A DNA stretch of 64,000 bases from Octopus bimaculoides (Eukaryota). A program made the position numbers and the translations under genes. The stretch spans positions 21,960,621 through 22,024,620 of the forward strand of contig NC_069006.1 in NCBI RefSeq assembly GCF_001194135.2, in the 5' to 3' direction. Of the stretch, positions 39,976-52,422 are shown piece by piece. The notes under the pieces are model-generated. The model did not search any database, was not told the DNA's origin, and saw nothing but the letters and a program-made list of their open reading frames with translations. The stretch's first letter is position 1; every line of letters starts with the position of its first letter.

Positions 39976-40275
39976 GTTAAAATGTGTTGTTGTTGTTGTT
40001 ATTGTTGCTGTTGTTACTGCAGTAGTAATAGTGATGGTGGTGGTAGTAGTAGTAGTAGTAGTGATACTAGTAGTAGCTGTGGTGGTGGTTGGAGCAGAAG
40101 TTGTCGTAGTAGTAGCAGCAGCCGTGGTGGTTGTAGAAGTAGTAGCAGTAACAATATTGGTAGTAATACTAATAATAATAGTGGTATTATAGAAGAAACC
40201 AGCATCATCATCAACGTCGTCATCATCATAATCATTATTATTGGTAGTAGTAGGTGGTGTTGTTGTTGTTGTTGA
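39976..40275. repeat. Degenerate (GTT/GTA/GGT/CAT)n triplet tract
   Basis: Seen directly. It explains four overlapping homopolymer ORFs. Confidence 0.9.
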
Positions 40276-40671
40276 ATGTAACCAATTCACCAGAAACCGT
40301 TATCGACTGCTGACATATTGGTTAACACCCATTTCTGATAGCAACAATAGTGACTAACCAACTGGCTACATATATTCTCACCTCCCCTTTTAAACATACA
40401 CACATAAATGCATACATAAATATAAACTAGATATCAAGTATATAGAACATCAAATCAGTAAACAACTAAAACAAATTTCTTCATTGGATTTTCTTTTCTT
40501 TTGTTATTCACAACCTGATATTGTCTAATTGTCATTGACAGAAAACTAGGTAGAACTTATATAAACCCCCGGAAACTGTATATTGTATTCAGAGATCCTG
40601 CTATACATTCATATATACATGCATACATGCCTGCAGTCACACATATGCACATAAATACATACACACATGTA

Positions 40672-41092
40672 TCGTCAACATCGTTTAATGTCCACTTTCC
40701 ATGCTGGTATGGGCTGGACGGTTTGACTGAGGGCTGGCAAGCCAGAAGGCTGCACCAGGCTCCAATCTGATCTGGCAAAGTTTCTACAGCTGGATGCCCT
40801 TCCTAACGCCAACCACTCCAAGAGTGTAGTGGGTGCTTTTATGTCCCACCGGCACAAGGGCCATTCAGGTGGTACTGGCATCGACCATGCTCAAATGGTG
40901 CTTTTTATGTGCCACTTGCACAGGAGCCAGTCCGACAGCACTGACAACAACCATGCTCGAATGGTGCTTTTAACATTCCACTGGCACGGGTGCCAATCAG
41001 GCGGTACTGTCATTGGCCATGACAATGATTTCACTTGCCAGCATAGTTTATTATCCAATGATTGAAGGGAACTCTTAAATGGGCTGGTTATG
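40672..41092 (-). mobile_element. Family C retroposon 3' end with internal tandem subrepeats; comparatively intact
   Basis: cgtttaatgtccactttccatgc...ctggatgcccttcctaacgccaacc. ccatgctc(a/g)aatggtgctttt is repeated at about 40885 and 40951. Confidence 0.85.
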
Positions 41093-42255
41093 CAGGTTTT
41101 TCTCAGCTTCACCTCATTTTCAAGTGAAGGGCTAGAGACAGCCTCATGACAAATACATTCTACAATCTTCTGAACTTTACATTCATTGATTTTTGCTATT
41201 GCAAGTTAGCACTGGCTTCCTTAGGTTACAAAATTTCTGTTAACTTAAGGATATATTTCAGGCCTTCATAATGAAGCAATAAATATTCTGTTGCCAATAC
41301 TGGAACTTTGTATGCAGGACTTGGAGTGAAATTCTTGGTAGCTTAGTGAATCTGCTGCTAAAAATTTGGTAACTTATCACCAGGTCAACAAAGGATATGC
41401 ATGTATACAGCTATTGCTGAATTATAGTAATACAATATTGCGATTATTTATGTAACATTCAGCAATGAACAACTGATGATGCGTTGAAACAATTATAGTA
41501 ACTTGTAATAAGGCCAGTCCAATCTATCTTCTTGGATTAATATTTGTCTCTACCTTACTCAGAAACAGGTGAGGGTTGTTGATAGGAAGGGCATCCAGCT
41601 TCAAAAAACCTGCCTCAATCAATTCCTTCCAGTCCATGCAAGCATACAGAAGTGTATGCTAAAATGATGGTGATGATGATGATTATAATGATTTTGTAAT
41701 CTAAATTTTTTATCATACATTTAAAATTAAGAGGTATAAACAAAAATTGAAAAAGAGGGAAATAAGCAGCAGCAGTAGTAGCAACATCAGAAGCAGAGGT
41801 TAATGTATTTAATGCACAAAATCTTTTTGCAATTGAGAAAAGTCAATAAAATGAAATAATGTAAATTAAAACAAAGATTATTGCCCTGAAACTAATTCTA
41901 TTCAGCACTATTATATCGTTATATTAATTATGGCAATTAATTGATAATCATAAATTTAGTTGATTGTTAAAATGATAAATGAATCGCTATTAACATTCTA
42001 ATATGTTTTTAGTCCTGGTTTGGCTTGGGTCCATGGTTGTGTGATTGAGAAGTTCTCTCCATGACCAAGAGATTCTAGGAACAGTTTCACTGTATAGCAT
42101 CCTGGGTAAGTATCTTCTGCTATAGCCCTGGGCCAACAAACCCCATCTGAGTGAATTTGGTAGTTGGAACCGCAGAAAGCCTGTTTTTTTTTGTGTATGT
42201 ATATACATACCTATGTGCATATATGTATGTATTCACCTGCATGCATATATATATA

Positions 42256-42619
42256 GCCAAGTGAGACCAAAATCCAAGGCCTCTGCCAGGGATGCAGCCA
42301 GCCCACTTATGTGTACCATTCCTTCATTGGACACTAAACTCCGCTTGTGAAGACCCGTTGAGGCAAGTGAAATCGAAATCAAACTAAATTTGACGACTGG
42401 CACCCATGCCAACATCTCTTTCACTGAACACTAAACTTGGCTTGCGAAGACCTGTTGGGGCAAGCGAAAGCGAAATTGTGATGGCACCTGTACCTGTGGA
42501 GGACTAAGAGCACTGTCCGAGCGTGATCGTTGCCAGAGCAGCTGTTTGGTTTCCATGCCAGTGGCATGTAAATAGCACCATTTGAGCGTGATCGTTACCA
42601 ACGTCGCCTCCCTGGCACT

Positions 42620-42620
<1 letters not shown>
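42256..42620 (+). mobile_element. Family C/RTE 3'UTR-like segment with about 100-bp subrepeats, bounded by (TA)n
   Basis: g(c/g)caag(t/c)ga occurs at 42256, 42362 and 42459. aaatagcaccatttgagc is the reverse complement of the subrepeat at 40890. Confidence 0.7.
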
Positions 42621-42652
<32 letters not shown>

Positions 42653-43547
42653 TCACATATATAAATTATAAACTCTACATGTATTGAGCACATTTTTCTC
42701 ATTCATTTGACATTAAGCATTATATGTACACACACACACACACACACACATACATATATATATACACACACATATACAAGTTATAAATATATATATGTAA
42801 ATAACTTACTTTAATAATATATATATATATATGTATATATATTTTATATATACATAGTAGTATAAAACATTATAATAATTCACATATATATATATACACA
42901 CGCATCATTGTATTCTTTTATTGTTTTATGTTGTTGTCTCCTTGGGCAACACAGAAATCTAATGTTTCGAATAATTTTATGATGTTTGTATGTATATTTA
43001 AATTGATGTCATGTGAAAATTTTTCACTGTGGCAAAATATATAAATAAAAAACAATTATGTACACAGTAATTTCCTGTGTGCATACAAATCTGAAAATAA
43101 TAATTTCAACCTGTATCTCATATTTAGGGAGAAGACATAACTGTAGGTGAGGGTTTCGGAAAGCAGGTGTCATTACATTGTATGGAACACATATGTACAA
43201 ATGTGTGGTTATGTTTGCTAACAACCACATGGTTCTGGGTTCAATCCCTATATGGAATACTTTGGCAAAGTGTATTTTACCATAACCATAAATTTTAATA
43301 GATTTAAACTCTAACACACACACATGCCCATATCTCTTCAAAAATCAAAGTTAAAGAGGATAACTATGGACAACTGCTTGAAAACCTTTAGCTTCTGTAC
43401 CCAGATTATAAATTCACGTTTATACCAATGGAATTGATACACATGGTTATGTTAATAAATTCCTAAGTGACAATCTGGATAAGCCAGGGTTTTCAGAAAA
43501 AAACATTCAACCAGCTAACACACACATTACAAATACAATCTATGTGT

Positions 43548-43585
<38 letters not shown>

Positions 43586-43837
43586 ACACACACACACACA
43601 CACATTATTTTATTTGCCTTAGTAATTTGGACCACAGTAATGCTGGGATACTCTTAGTCAATCAAACTTATCCAGGTACTTAATCCGTCAAGCTTTTCAT
43701 TTACCAGTCTGCTACCTGATAGGGATATAAATGAACTTACACTGGGTGTCAAGTGTGTGGGGTGGATGTGCGAGAAAACACACAGGTACATATACATATG
43801 TATGCACATACCTACACACATGTATGTTGTGCACACA

Positions 43838-43914
<77 letters not shown>

Positions 43915-44087
43915 TCATCATCATCATCATCGTTTAACGTCCGCTTTCCATGCTAGCATGGGTTGGACGATTTGACTGAGGACTGGTGAAACCGGATGGC
44001 AACACCATATATATAAAATAATACAAAGAATATATATACATGTATACACACATATATGTACATACTTACATCTACATGTGTATATAT

Positions 44088-44311
44088 ATGCATATCAGGG
44101 TACAGGACGTTAGAACAATGAACTACAGACAACGGAACGAACACATAGGAAAACGGAAAGCCACTTGGAATATCCCTTCATCAGCTGTCTCTATTCCAAC
44201 TAGACGTTTCGAAGATAAGACAGAACGTACTCTAGAATAGTCTCTTCCTGAGTAGTGGATCAACCCACTACACAGAGGATTCCAAGGTGGCAAACACAAA
44301 CCAAGACAGGA

Positions 44312-44315
<4 letters not shown>
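44088..44315 (-). mobile_element. CpG-retaining insert, probably a Penelope-like element terminus
   Basis: The minus strand has cGAAACGTC and CTGATGA motifs typical of PLE ends. It is flanked by TA-rich microsatellite. Confidence 0.45.
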
Positions 44316-44342
<27 letters not shown>

Positions 44343-44414
44343 CATCATCATCATCATCTTCACCATCATTTAATGTCAATGCTCCTTTTGTTGCTCCTTT
44401 TCGTTGAAAATCAT

Positions 44415-44626
44415 TCAACCCTTTAGCATTCAGTTTATTCTGTCAGATGTAAAGCTTATTTATTTACAATGTTTTGAATTAATCATGCTTTATCTTGTAG
44501 CTTAGTGATTTTGACGAGATTGTTTAGCTTTAAAATGACATTGTAGGATAGGTGTGAGAGGCCAGATTTGGCTTGTTTGAACATAAATCAGGTTAGATAT
44601 TTAAGGTGGATATGACTGGTTTAAGT
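44415..44626. mobile_element. piggyBac-like MITE (P2), right TIR lost
   Basis: TCAA-ccctttagcattcag...ttttgaattaatcatg... is collinear with 63195-63345. Confidence 0.65.
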
Positions 44627-44649
44627 GATCCAGAATACAATCAAATATT

Positions 44650-45024
44650 TGAAAGGTGTCATTTTTTTCCCACCTTTTCCAATGAAGGAATTGATAAAAC
44701 AACTATATTTTCAGAAAAAAGATTGAACACCATGTCATAGAAGCAAGGTATCACAAGCTCAGGAAAAGAAGTTGCAGAAACAAATCTCTGAAATGGGTTG
44801 TTCAAAGCCCTCGATCTTAATCCTGTAGAACACACACATTGGAATATCTTGACAGAATGCAGAGAGCAAGATTGCTGAAAATTACATCAATTAGAGAGAT
44901 AAAAGAAACATTGATCAAAGAGTAGATAAATATGTATCTTTCTCTCATTGATAATGTAATCAAATACAAGCCTAATTAGCTAAAAGCCATGATATTAGTT
45001 CAAGGAGAGTCACAAAAATACTGA
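44650..45024 (+). pseudogene. Tc1-like DD34E transposase C-terminal relic
   Basis: FQKKD*TPCHRSK...W-V-V-Q-S-P-D-L-N-P-V-E-H..W gives D-x34-E after removing two 1-nt insertions. It continues IKETLIKE*...LKAMILVQGESQKY*. Confidence 0.8.
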
Positions 45025-45326
45025 GACAAACTTTCATTCATGTTGGATAATTTTACATATTAAATTAATATTGTGTGTTATTAAGCAGACTATAAAGTTT
45101 TTGCAAGCCATTGTGTGTGTGTGTGTGTGCATACACACAGATGCATCGCATACATACAAGCTTCCATATAGCTTCTATCTTACAATTTCATTGCCAAAGC
45201 ATTGGTCAACCTGCAGCTATAGTACAAGATACTTGTTCAAGGTGTCATGCTGTGACATGGAACTTGAAGCCATATGGTTATGAAGTGAACTCCAAATCCA
45301 TATTACCATACCTGCATCTATCTATC

Positions 45327-45357
<31 letters not shown>

Positions 45358-45478
45358 CTATAAAAAATGTATGTGAATACAATTGTATTTACATACACGT
45401 TTACATGTTTTCTAGATATACATATACATAAATATATATATAACTCAGTCTATCTATCACTTTATCAGTCCATCTGTC

Positions 45479-45509
<31 letters not shown>

Positions 45510-46039
45510 CTCTCTCTCTCTCTCTTTATCTATCTATCAATCTATCTCTCTATCTATTTGTCTATCTAGCTATCTATGATTAAAAATATGAAACAGTTTC
45601 TCAATTAATAAAAGAACAAGAATTACAAAACAAAAAGCATTAGAAGAAAACATAATGAAAAATAAAAAAAAAACAATAATAAACCCAAAACATTGATATG
45701 CATTGATAACAGTGGTTATTACAAGCAATTAAATTTTCTTGCAGATAAGAGATTTATATTCTTAAAAATATTTAATACAAACGATATGTTTAATGAAAAT
45801 ACTCAAAGGACTTTTAAACAATATTTTACAATTTTAATTTTAATGCAGACTGATTTCAATTTAAAATTAAATATTTACATTAACCCTTTATCAATTAATT
45901 TTTATCAAAGATTCTCGTATATCAGTTACTCTTGAAGCAGTTTTAATTTGATATGTCGAGCTAATTCCATTTAAATTATGAATCCATCACTTTTGCTTTG
46001 TAAATTTTTCTTGGGTCATATTGATTTAATTTTTATATA

Positions 46040-46443
46040 TTTTACTTGTTTCAGTCATTGGACTGTGGCCATGCTGGGACAATGCTTTGACAAGTTTAGT
46101 CAAACGAATCGACTCTAGTACTTCTTTTAATCCTTTATCTTCTACTTCAGTCAGTCAATGACTGTGGCTATGCTGGGACAACATCTTGATGGGTTTAGTC
46201 AAATAAATCAACTCCAGTACATCATTTATCTTTTATTTCTTTCAGTCATTGGACTGCAGCCATGCTGGAGCACCACCTTGAAGGGGTTAGTCAAATGCAT
46301 GAACACCAGTACTTATTTTTTTTTTTTAAATGGTAATGATTCTGTCAGTCTCTTTTGCCAGACCACTAACTTGTGGAGACATAAACAGACCAACACCAGT
46401 TGTCAAGCAGTAGGGAACAGACACAAACACACAGAAGTGCGTG

Positions 46444-46479
<36 letters not shown>

Positions 46480-46500
46480 ACAGGCTAAATAAAATATTTC
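46040..46500 (-). mobile_element. SINE family A 3' part with a triplicated tail of about 95 bp
   Basis: cagtca(tt/at)(g)gactg..gc(c/t)atgctgg starts three times, near 46053, 46152 and 46243. Confidence 0.85.
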
Positions 46501-46789
46501 TTTAGATATTCCTGTTTAAGATGATCACTTTTGTCAGTGTGTTGAAGTAACAAGTCTTTTGTTCACTCAAACATGTTTAGTGTTAGCCAAATTCTGCTCA
46601 GACTAGATGCTACTAGCAGAATAAATGGAAGGACATGTAGTTCAAGATATGAGAAATGATGAGATTGTCATGGGAGGAGTGTCTTTTGGACCAAAGGTTT
46701 GCTAGATAAAGGCAGACCTGAGGTTAAGCAGCAACAACTTGTTAAACTAGATACATGAAAGGGCAGGGTGGTCATGGAAGAAGCATCTT

Positions 46790-47030
46790 TGACTGAGGAA
46801 TAAACGATAATCAGATGGAGCAATGTCTGGCATATATGGTGGGTGGGGGATCATTTCCCATTCAAACTGCTCCAGCCTTTGGAATGTCATCCTTGCTGTA
46901 TGTGGCTAAGTATTATCCTGATGGAAGAACACCTTTTTGTCTTGAAAGTAAAGATGGTTGTTTTTCTTCTAGCGCTGACTTAAACCACTCTAGCTTTCTC
47001 ACAGAAGATCTCCTTTGTGGCAGTGACACT
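46790..47030 (-). pseudogene. Mariner DD34D transposase catalytic-domain relic
   Basis: KVFFHQDNT*PHTARMTFQRLEQFEWEMIPHPPYMPDIAPSDY. The Asp codons at 46915-46917 and 46810-46812 are separated by exactly 34 residues. Confidence 0.92.
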
Positions 47031-48036
47031 TACAATAATAATGTGATGTCAAGACAGGAAGACAGTACCACACACACACACACGCACACACACATATATA
47101 TATGACAAGCTTATTTAGGTGTCTGTCTAACAAATTCACTCACTAGGCTTTGGTTGTCCCAAGACTATAGTAAAAGGTTCCACACAGTGAGACTGAACCT
47201 GAAACCATGAGGTTGGGAAGCAAACTTCTTAACTACACATCCATGCCTGTATATGTGTGTGTGTGCGTGAGTGTGTGTTTGTGCATTAATTTATTGATTG
47301 ACTTACTGAATTATCAGCATTACACAGAAAAAGTATATTTTAATGTAGCAATATTCATGAGTTTTCATTTGAGATGTTATAATAACTGTCATGTTCGCTT
47401 GTTTTCAGGTGTGACATTAAGCAGGACAAGATTTGCTATAAATGTCTTTTGGAATGAGTTCTTTTTATTATTACTGTCTTCATGAAACACTTTAAAAACG
47501 AGAGAAAATCACCATTTATTCTAGTGTTGTTCTTTAACCCCAAGTCATCCCAAATTGAGCAGAACTATATTTAAAGGCATTCCAACTTTGATCATCACCT
47601 CTGATTTTTTTCAAGGTATAGTTTATCACATTTTTGTTCCTTCTCCCAACCAGTTGTCAAATAGTGGGGAGGTGGGTGACAGCCAAAGGCACAAAAACAC
47701 ATAATAGCTTTCTTCAGCACCTTCAAGTTTTTTTAACCAATTCATCCCACACAGGGAGACTCATTCATACATTTCCCCCAACCAAATACAGTCTTTGCCT
47801 GCCGAAAGTCTGTTTGTCTATAAGACCCACATTGAACTCTTACTCAATAAATCATTCCCATGTTATTCCTTGTCAGTTTTGTCACTCTCCTCTGGCATAT
47901 TTCATCATAATAGAGTTCCACCTGTTTCTCTTGATCTACCAACAAATTTTTTTTTTTTTTTTTTATCATTTTATAAGATGAAAGTCTATTAAAACAAACA
48001 AACAGAAAATTAGAGAAAACTCCTGGATATAATAAT

Positions 48037-48250
48037 AATAGTGGTTTCAAGTTTTGGCACAAAACCAGCAATTTTTGGGGAGGGGATAAGTCAATCAACT
48101 CAACTCCAGTGCTCAACTGATACTTATCAACCTAGAAAGGATGAAAAACAAAGTCAACCTCAGCGGAATTTGAACTCAGAATGTAAAGATGGACGAGATG
48201 TTGCTAAGCATTTTGCCCAGTGAGCTAACAATGCTGCCTGCTAACCACCA
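48037..48250 (-). mobile_element. SINE family B, well preserved
   Basis: Full B core, flanked by (taa)n on both sides. Confidence 0.9.
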
Positions 48251-48261
48251 TAATAGTAGTA

Positions 48262-48304
<43 letters not shown>

Positions 48305-48566
48305 TGATGATGATGATAATAATAATAATAATAATAATAATAATATGATGGAGAAGAAATATAATTAAAGAAAATGAAATTCCATTACACTATAAATTTC
48401 TGCAAAAATGTATTTTTTAAGAAAACAGAGAAAATAAAAAAAAATTTAATTCATAATATTTACTTGAACTTATAACATTTACATATATTCTGTTTCTGAA
48501 AACATAATAAATCTTAAAACTCAACATGAAAACTAAAAACACTGTGTTGTCTGGGAGCTTCCCACC

Positions 48567-48742
48567 AACCATATTTACTTGTATATAAGTCACAATATTT
48601 TATACTCGATTTTAAGTGAAGAAACAGGGGTGCAATTTAAACATGGGGCAAATCTAAAACTATGAAGGTGAAGGGGAAAAAGATTGTACCAGGATTTAAC
48701 ACTAAATTAGGGTTATGATTTGTACATGAGTAAATATCATAC
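48567..48742. mobile_element. Short pogo/Tigger-like MITE
   Basis: Left ccatatttacttgtatataag and right (reverse complement) tgatatttactcatgtacaaa are imperfect TIRs sharing atatttact. Many differences are CpG-decay type. Confidence 0.5.
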
Positions 48743-49009
48743 CATATTTGTTAGCATTTAAAAATGCACTTTTTTTCAAAATAATAATAATCATCATCAA
48801 TTAATGTCTATTTTACAAGCTGGTATGAGTCGGACGGTTTGACAGGAGCTGCCCATGTTCCATATCTGTTTTGGCATGGTTTCTATAGCTGGATGCCCTT
48901 CCTAGGTCAGTTAGATAGATCTGATTGATTATTGGAAATAGTTAAATAATTTGTGCATCTACATAAAACAAATAGAAAAGATAGGGACAAACAAGAGGGA
49001 AAGGAATCT

Positions 49010-49402
49010 TTTATCTTTTACTTGTTTCACTCATTGAACTGTCGCTGTGCTGGGTCACTGCCTTGAAGGGTTCTAGTAGAACAAATCAACCATTGCTTTT
49101 TGTTTTGTTTTAGAGGCTGGTACTTATTCTTTTGGACTCTTCTCTTTAAACTGCTAATGCTATAGGAACGTAAACAAACCAGCATACACATGTGCAGACA
49201 TAGATACACACACACACACACACATGTCAATGTATACGACTGGCTTCTTCCAGTTTCAGTCAATCAACTCCACTTACAAAGCTTTGGTCAGCCTGGGGCT
49301 GAAATAGAAGACACCTGCCCAAGGTGCCATGGAGGGGAACTGAACCCAAGACCCCTCAGTTTGGAGGTAGGCTTCTTAACTACAAAGCCATGCCTGCACC
49401 TA
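49010..49402 (-). mobile_element. SINE family A, full length
   Basis: Tail, (CA)n middle and head are in order. Confidence 0.9.
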
Positions 49403-50343
49403 CATATGTATGGGTGGACAAAAAGTCATGCATCAAAACTATTGACATTTTATTTATATTACTTTATTATCATTATTATTATTATTACTACTACTATGTT
49501 AATACGTCTAGATACTGATTATGTTGTTTCCAGTATATTTAGATGTTTAAATGCGCACACACACACACACACATATATATATACAGACATAGATAGATAG
49601 ATAGATAGATAGATATGTTTATAGATGTGTGTATGTTACAGAGATTGAGAGAGATGAGTAGGTGTGAGTGACACAAAAAAAAAAAATTGCAAGCTGCAAT
49701 ATAGGCAAAAGAAAAAAGAAAAAAAAAATTAAAAATACGGGCATATTAATTACTGTAATCAACAAAGCATCATCATTAAGACAACATTTTTATAAATATC
49801 AAAGCACAAATTAATTAAAAGTTGTTAAAAGGGGAGAGAGTTTGATATTCAGTTCATAGCAGTTTTATTTTGTTCCCATATTTTTTTCATTCTCTTTATT
49901 CTAATTAGAATTGCTGAGATACTTCATTCATTAATTCATTCATTAATTAATTCATTCATTCATTAATAATAGTAGTAATGTTAGTAACATTTCACTGTCT
50001 CATACATGTCAATATGAGGCTGTGAAAAGGGGAAAAGAAATGCTATGCATGTTAACTCGTATTCTGGCAATGAACTTGTTTTAGTCTGTTGTCACTGAGG
50101 TCTAGAAAAGATCAGACAAAATCACATCTTCCTCTTATCACATTACCTACATCAAATTTTTAAAATTTCAATTAATTAGTATACAGGTATGGCTATATGA
50201 TTAATGAGCTTGCTTTGCCATCACATGTTTTTGGTGCTTGTGTGGCAGAAGTGACCAATAGGGAGAAGTGTGTGTGTATGTGTTATGTGTATGTATATAT
50301 ATATATCTGAGTGTGTATATATGTGTGAGTGTGTATATGTATG

Positions 50344-50395
<52 letters not shown>

Positions 50396-50400
50396 TACAT

Positions 50401-50660
50401 GAAGGTGTGTGGCCTAGTGGTAGAAGCATTGCACCCACAATCGCTAGATCATGGGTCCGATTTCCAAACCAGATGATGGGTTCTGTTCTGGAGTAAAACA
50501 CACCATTTCAATCAGCTGTAAATGGGTAACCTTGTAACAGAAAAGCCTTCCAATCAGGGGTTATATTGGTAATGATGCCACCCTGCCTAACCAGCTGGGT
50601 GGCATCATTCAAAAGCTAAAACAAAGCATATTGCATTGTGACCAGTGACATATAACAATA
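50401..50660 (+). mobile_element. tRNA-head SINE; related copy on the - strand at 61900-62110
   Basis: A-box tggcctagtgg. The tail ggtggcatcatt..aag..taaaac..gcattgtgaccag is shared with the reverse complement of 61920-61985. Confidence 0.8.
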
Positions 50661-50747
50661 TCCAATAGTCTCATTGATACCATTATATATATAGGAAAAT
50701 GAAAAATAATAATAAGGCAGAATGCTAAACTGGAAGCATATTTTAAT

Positions 50748-51120
50748 AAAGATTTCTCTAACTGGCTTTCATTGTGAAGCAAATTTTCAAGAAGAGGGAG
50801 AATGAAAATGTTTTTTACAAAGAAGTACAAAATGAAGAAAATAATATATTAAAAAGTAATATATAAAAAAATAAATATACCAATACATTATATTGTCTTT
50901 GAGCTTTCAAAGTTCAATGGTAATCCATGTATATAATGGTTGGAAAAATAAGGATGCATGAGAATTGAGAGTTGTGTTAGGTTTAAGAAAAGGGCTAAAA
51001 GTTTGTGTTAAGCAGGAAGTGTGGCGTCAAAACAGGAAGTGTGTGTAAGGGGAGACAAATCTTTTCAGTTGGAGTTATGAACTCTTTTTCAACAGGAAGT
51101 TTATGTCTGTTCCTAGAAAA
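50748..51120. repeat. Unclassified dispersed repeat, copy 2
   Basis: Collinear with 14615-14891 and contains three caggaagt motifs. Confidence 0.9.
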
Positions 51121-52284
51121 ATAAGTTATATATACACACACACACATACATACATATACACATACACATATATGACTTATCAAGTTGTGGGGCGATGAAC
51201 ACAAACAAAACAATACATACACACACACATATACAATGGGTTTCACAAAAGTTACAATCTACAAAAGTCACTCACAAGACGTTGGTCAGCCACAGCTATA
51301 GTAGAAGACAATTATCCAAAGTAGTGCAGGGTGGGGCTGAACCTAAAACCATGTATTTTATCTCCTTTTGATTACATCGACTACTTTTGAAGGTGGTAAA
51401 GTGGCCAATGTGTCACACTAAGGGGTCAAACTCAAAACCATGTGATCATGAAGTGAACTTATTGACCTTATGACCAAAACATTTCATTTCTCTCTGAACC
51501 CACTATATTTCAAAGTTGAGAGGGCATCATGAAGAAAAAGCTTATGTTAGATAGTTGAGAAACTGAAAGTTGTCACGAATATATGACTAAATTATGAAAG
51601 AATGAAAAGACAAAGTAGATACTTATATTTACAAACAAGTTAAATAACATTTACATATTATTATTTAGAGATTTTCTAATAAATTGAAAAATCTGAAACA
51701 AAACATCAAAATGTTCTAATTAGATACTTTTGGAAAAAAAATACAAAAAAACACAAACTAACTTTGTGAAATTCAAATGATTTGCGTTAATTAACACCAG
51801 AAAATTATATGGTCGACATAGGCATTTTATTTTCCTGAAAATTTGAATTAGACCTGATCAAAAAACATCTATAATCTTTCTGCAAAGTAATGAAATTTAA
51901 ATATTAACTTGGAATTCCACAAAATATTTTTTCCCCTCCTTTCTCAAACATCTGAAGAATGTATTTTACAAATATCGTTTTTAATTTCAGGGCAAAAATG
52001 AATGAAAAATTAAGAATTAGAATTTTAAGTAAAAATATTTGAAGGCAACTATGTCAGTTAAATAACAATCTTGCATGGAGAGTATTGATTTCTAAAGAAC
52101 ATAGAAGACTGATAACAATGATAATGACAACGATGATGATCATCGTCATCATCATCATCATCATCATCTCTTTATTGGCCACAGGGCCTTCACACATAAC
52201 AAAACATTTTAAACAACCCAAAATAAAAGCAAAAAGTCATACTATAACATGTCAAAGTTATTACAGATCAATCCTAAGCATCAT

Positions 52285-52422
52285 TCAACCTTTAGCACAC
52301 TGAAGGTAAATCATGTTGCCATATGAGTTTTTCTCTCTCTCAATGTGACACAATATGCCTGCCGCTACAGAGGAGAAAACTCGTACAGCAACATGATTTA
52401 CCTTCAGCATGCTAAAGGTTAA
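52285..52422. mobile_element. Palindromic piggyBac-like MITE (130 bp, TIRs of about 43-48 bp) inside a family C copy
   Basis: TCAA-cctttagcacactgaaggtaaatcatgttgccatatgagtttt ... aaaactcgtacagcaacatgatttaccttcagcatgctaaagg-TTAA; 38/43 arm identity. Confidence 0.9.

Noticed and set aside
41230-41340. LHNEAINILLP..LC resembling the hAT dimerisation domain
   Set aside because: Short, and it needs several frameshifts. A profile search (Dimer_Tnp_hAT) would be required.
50401-50480. tRNA gene
   Set aside because: A/B-box-like motifs are present but there is no cloverleaf, and it continues into a SINE body. The same holds for the other tRNA-like heads.
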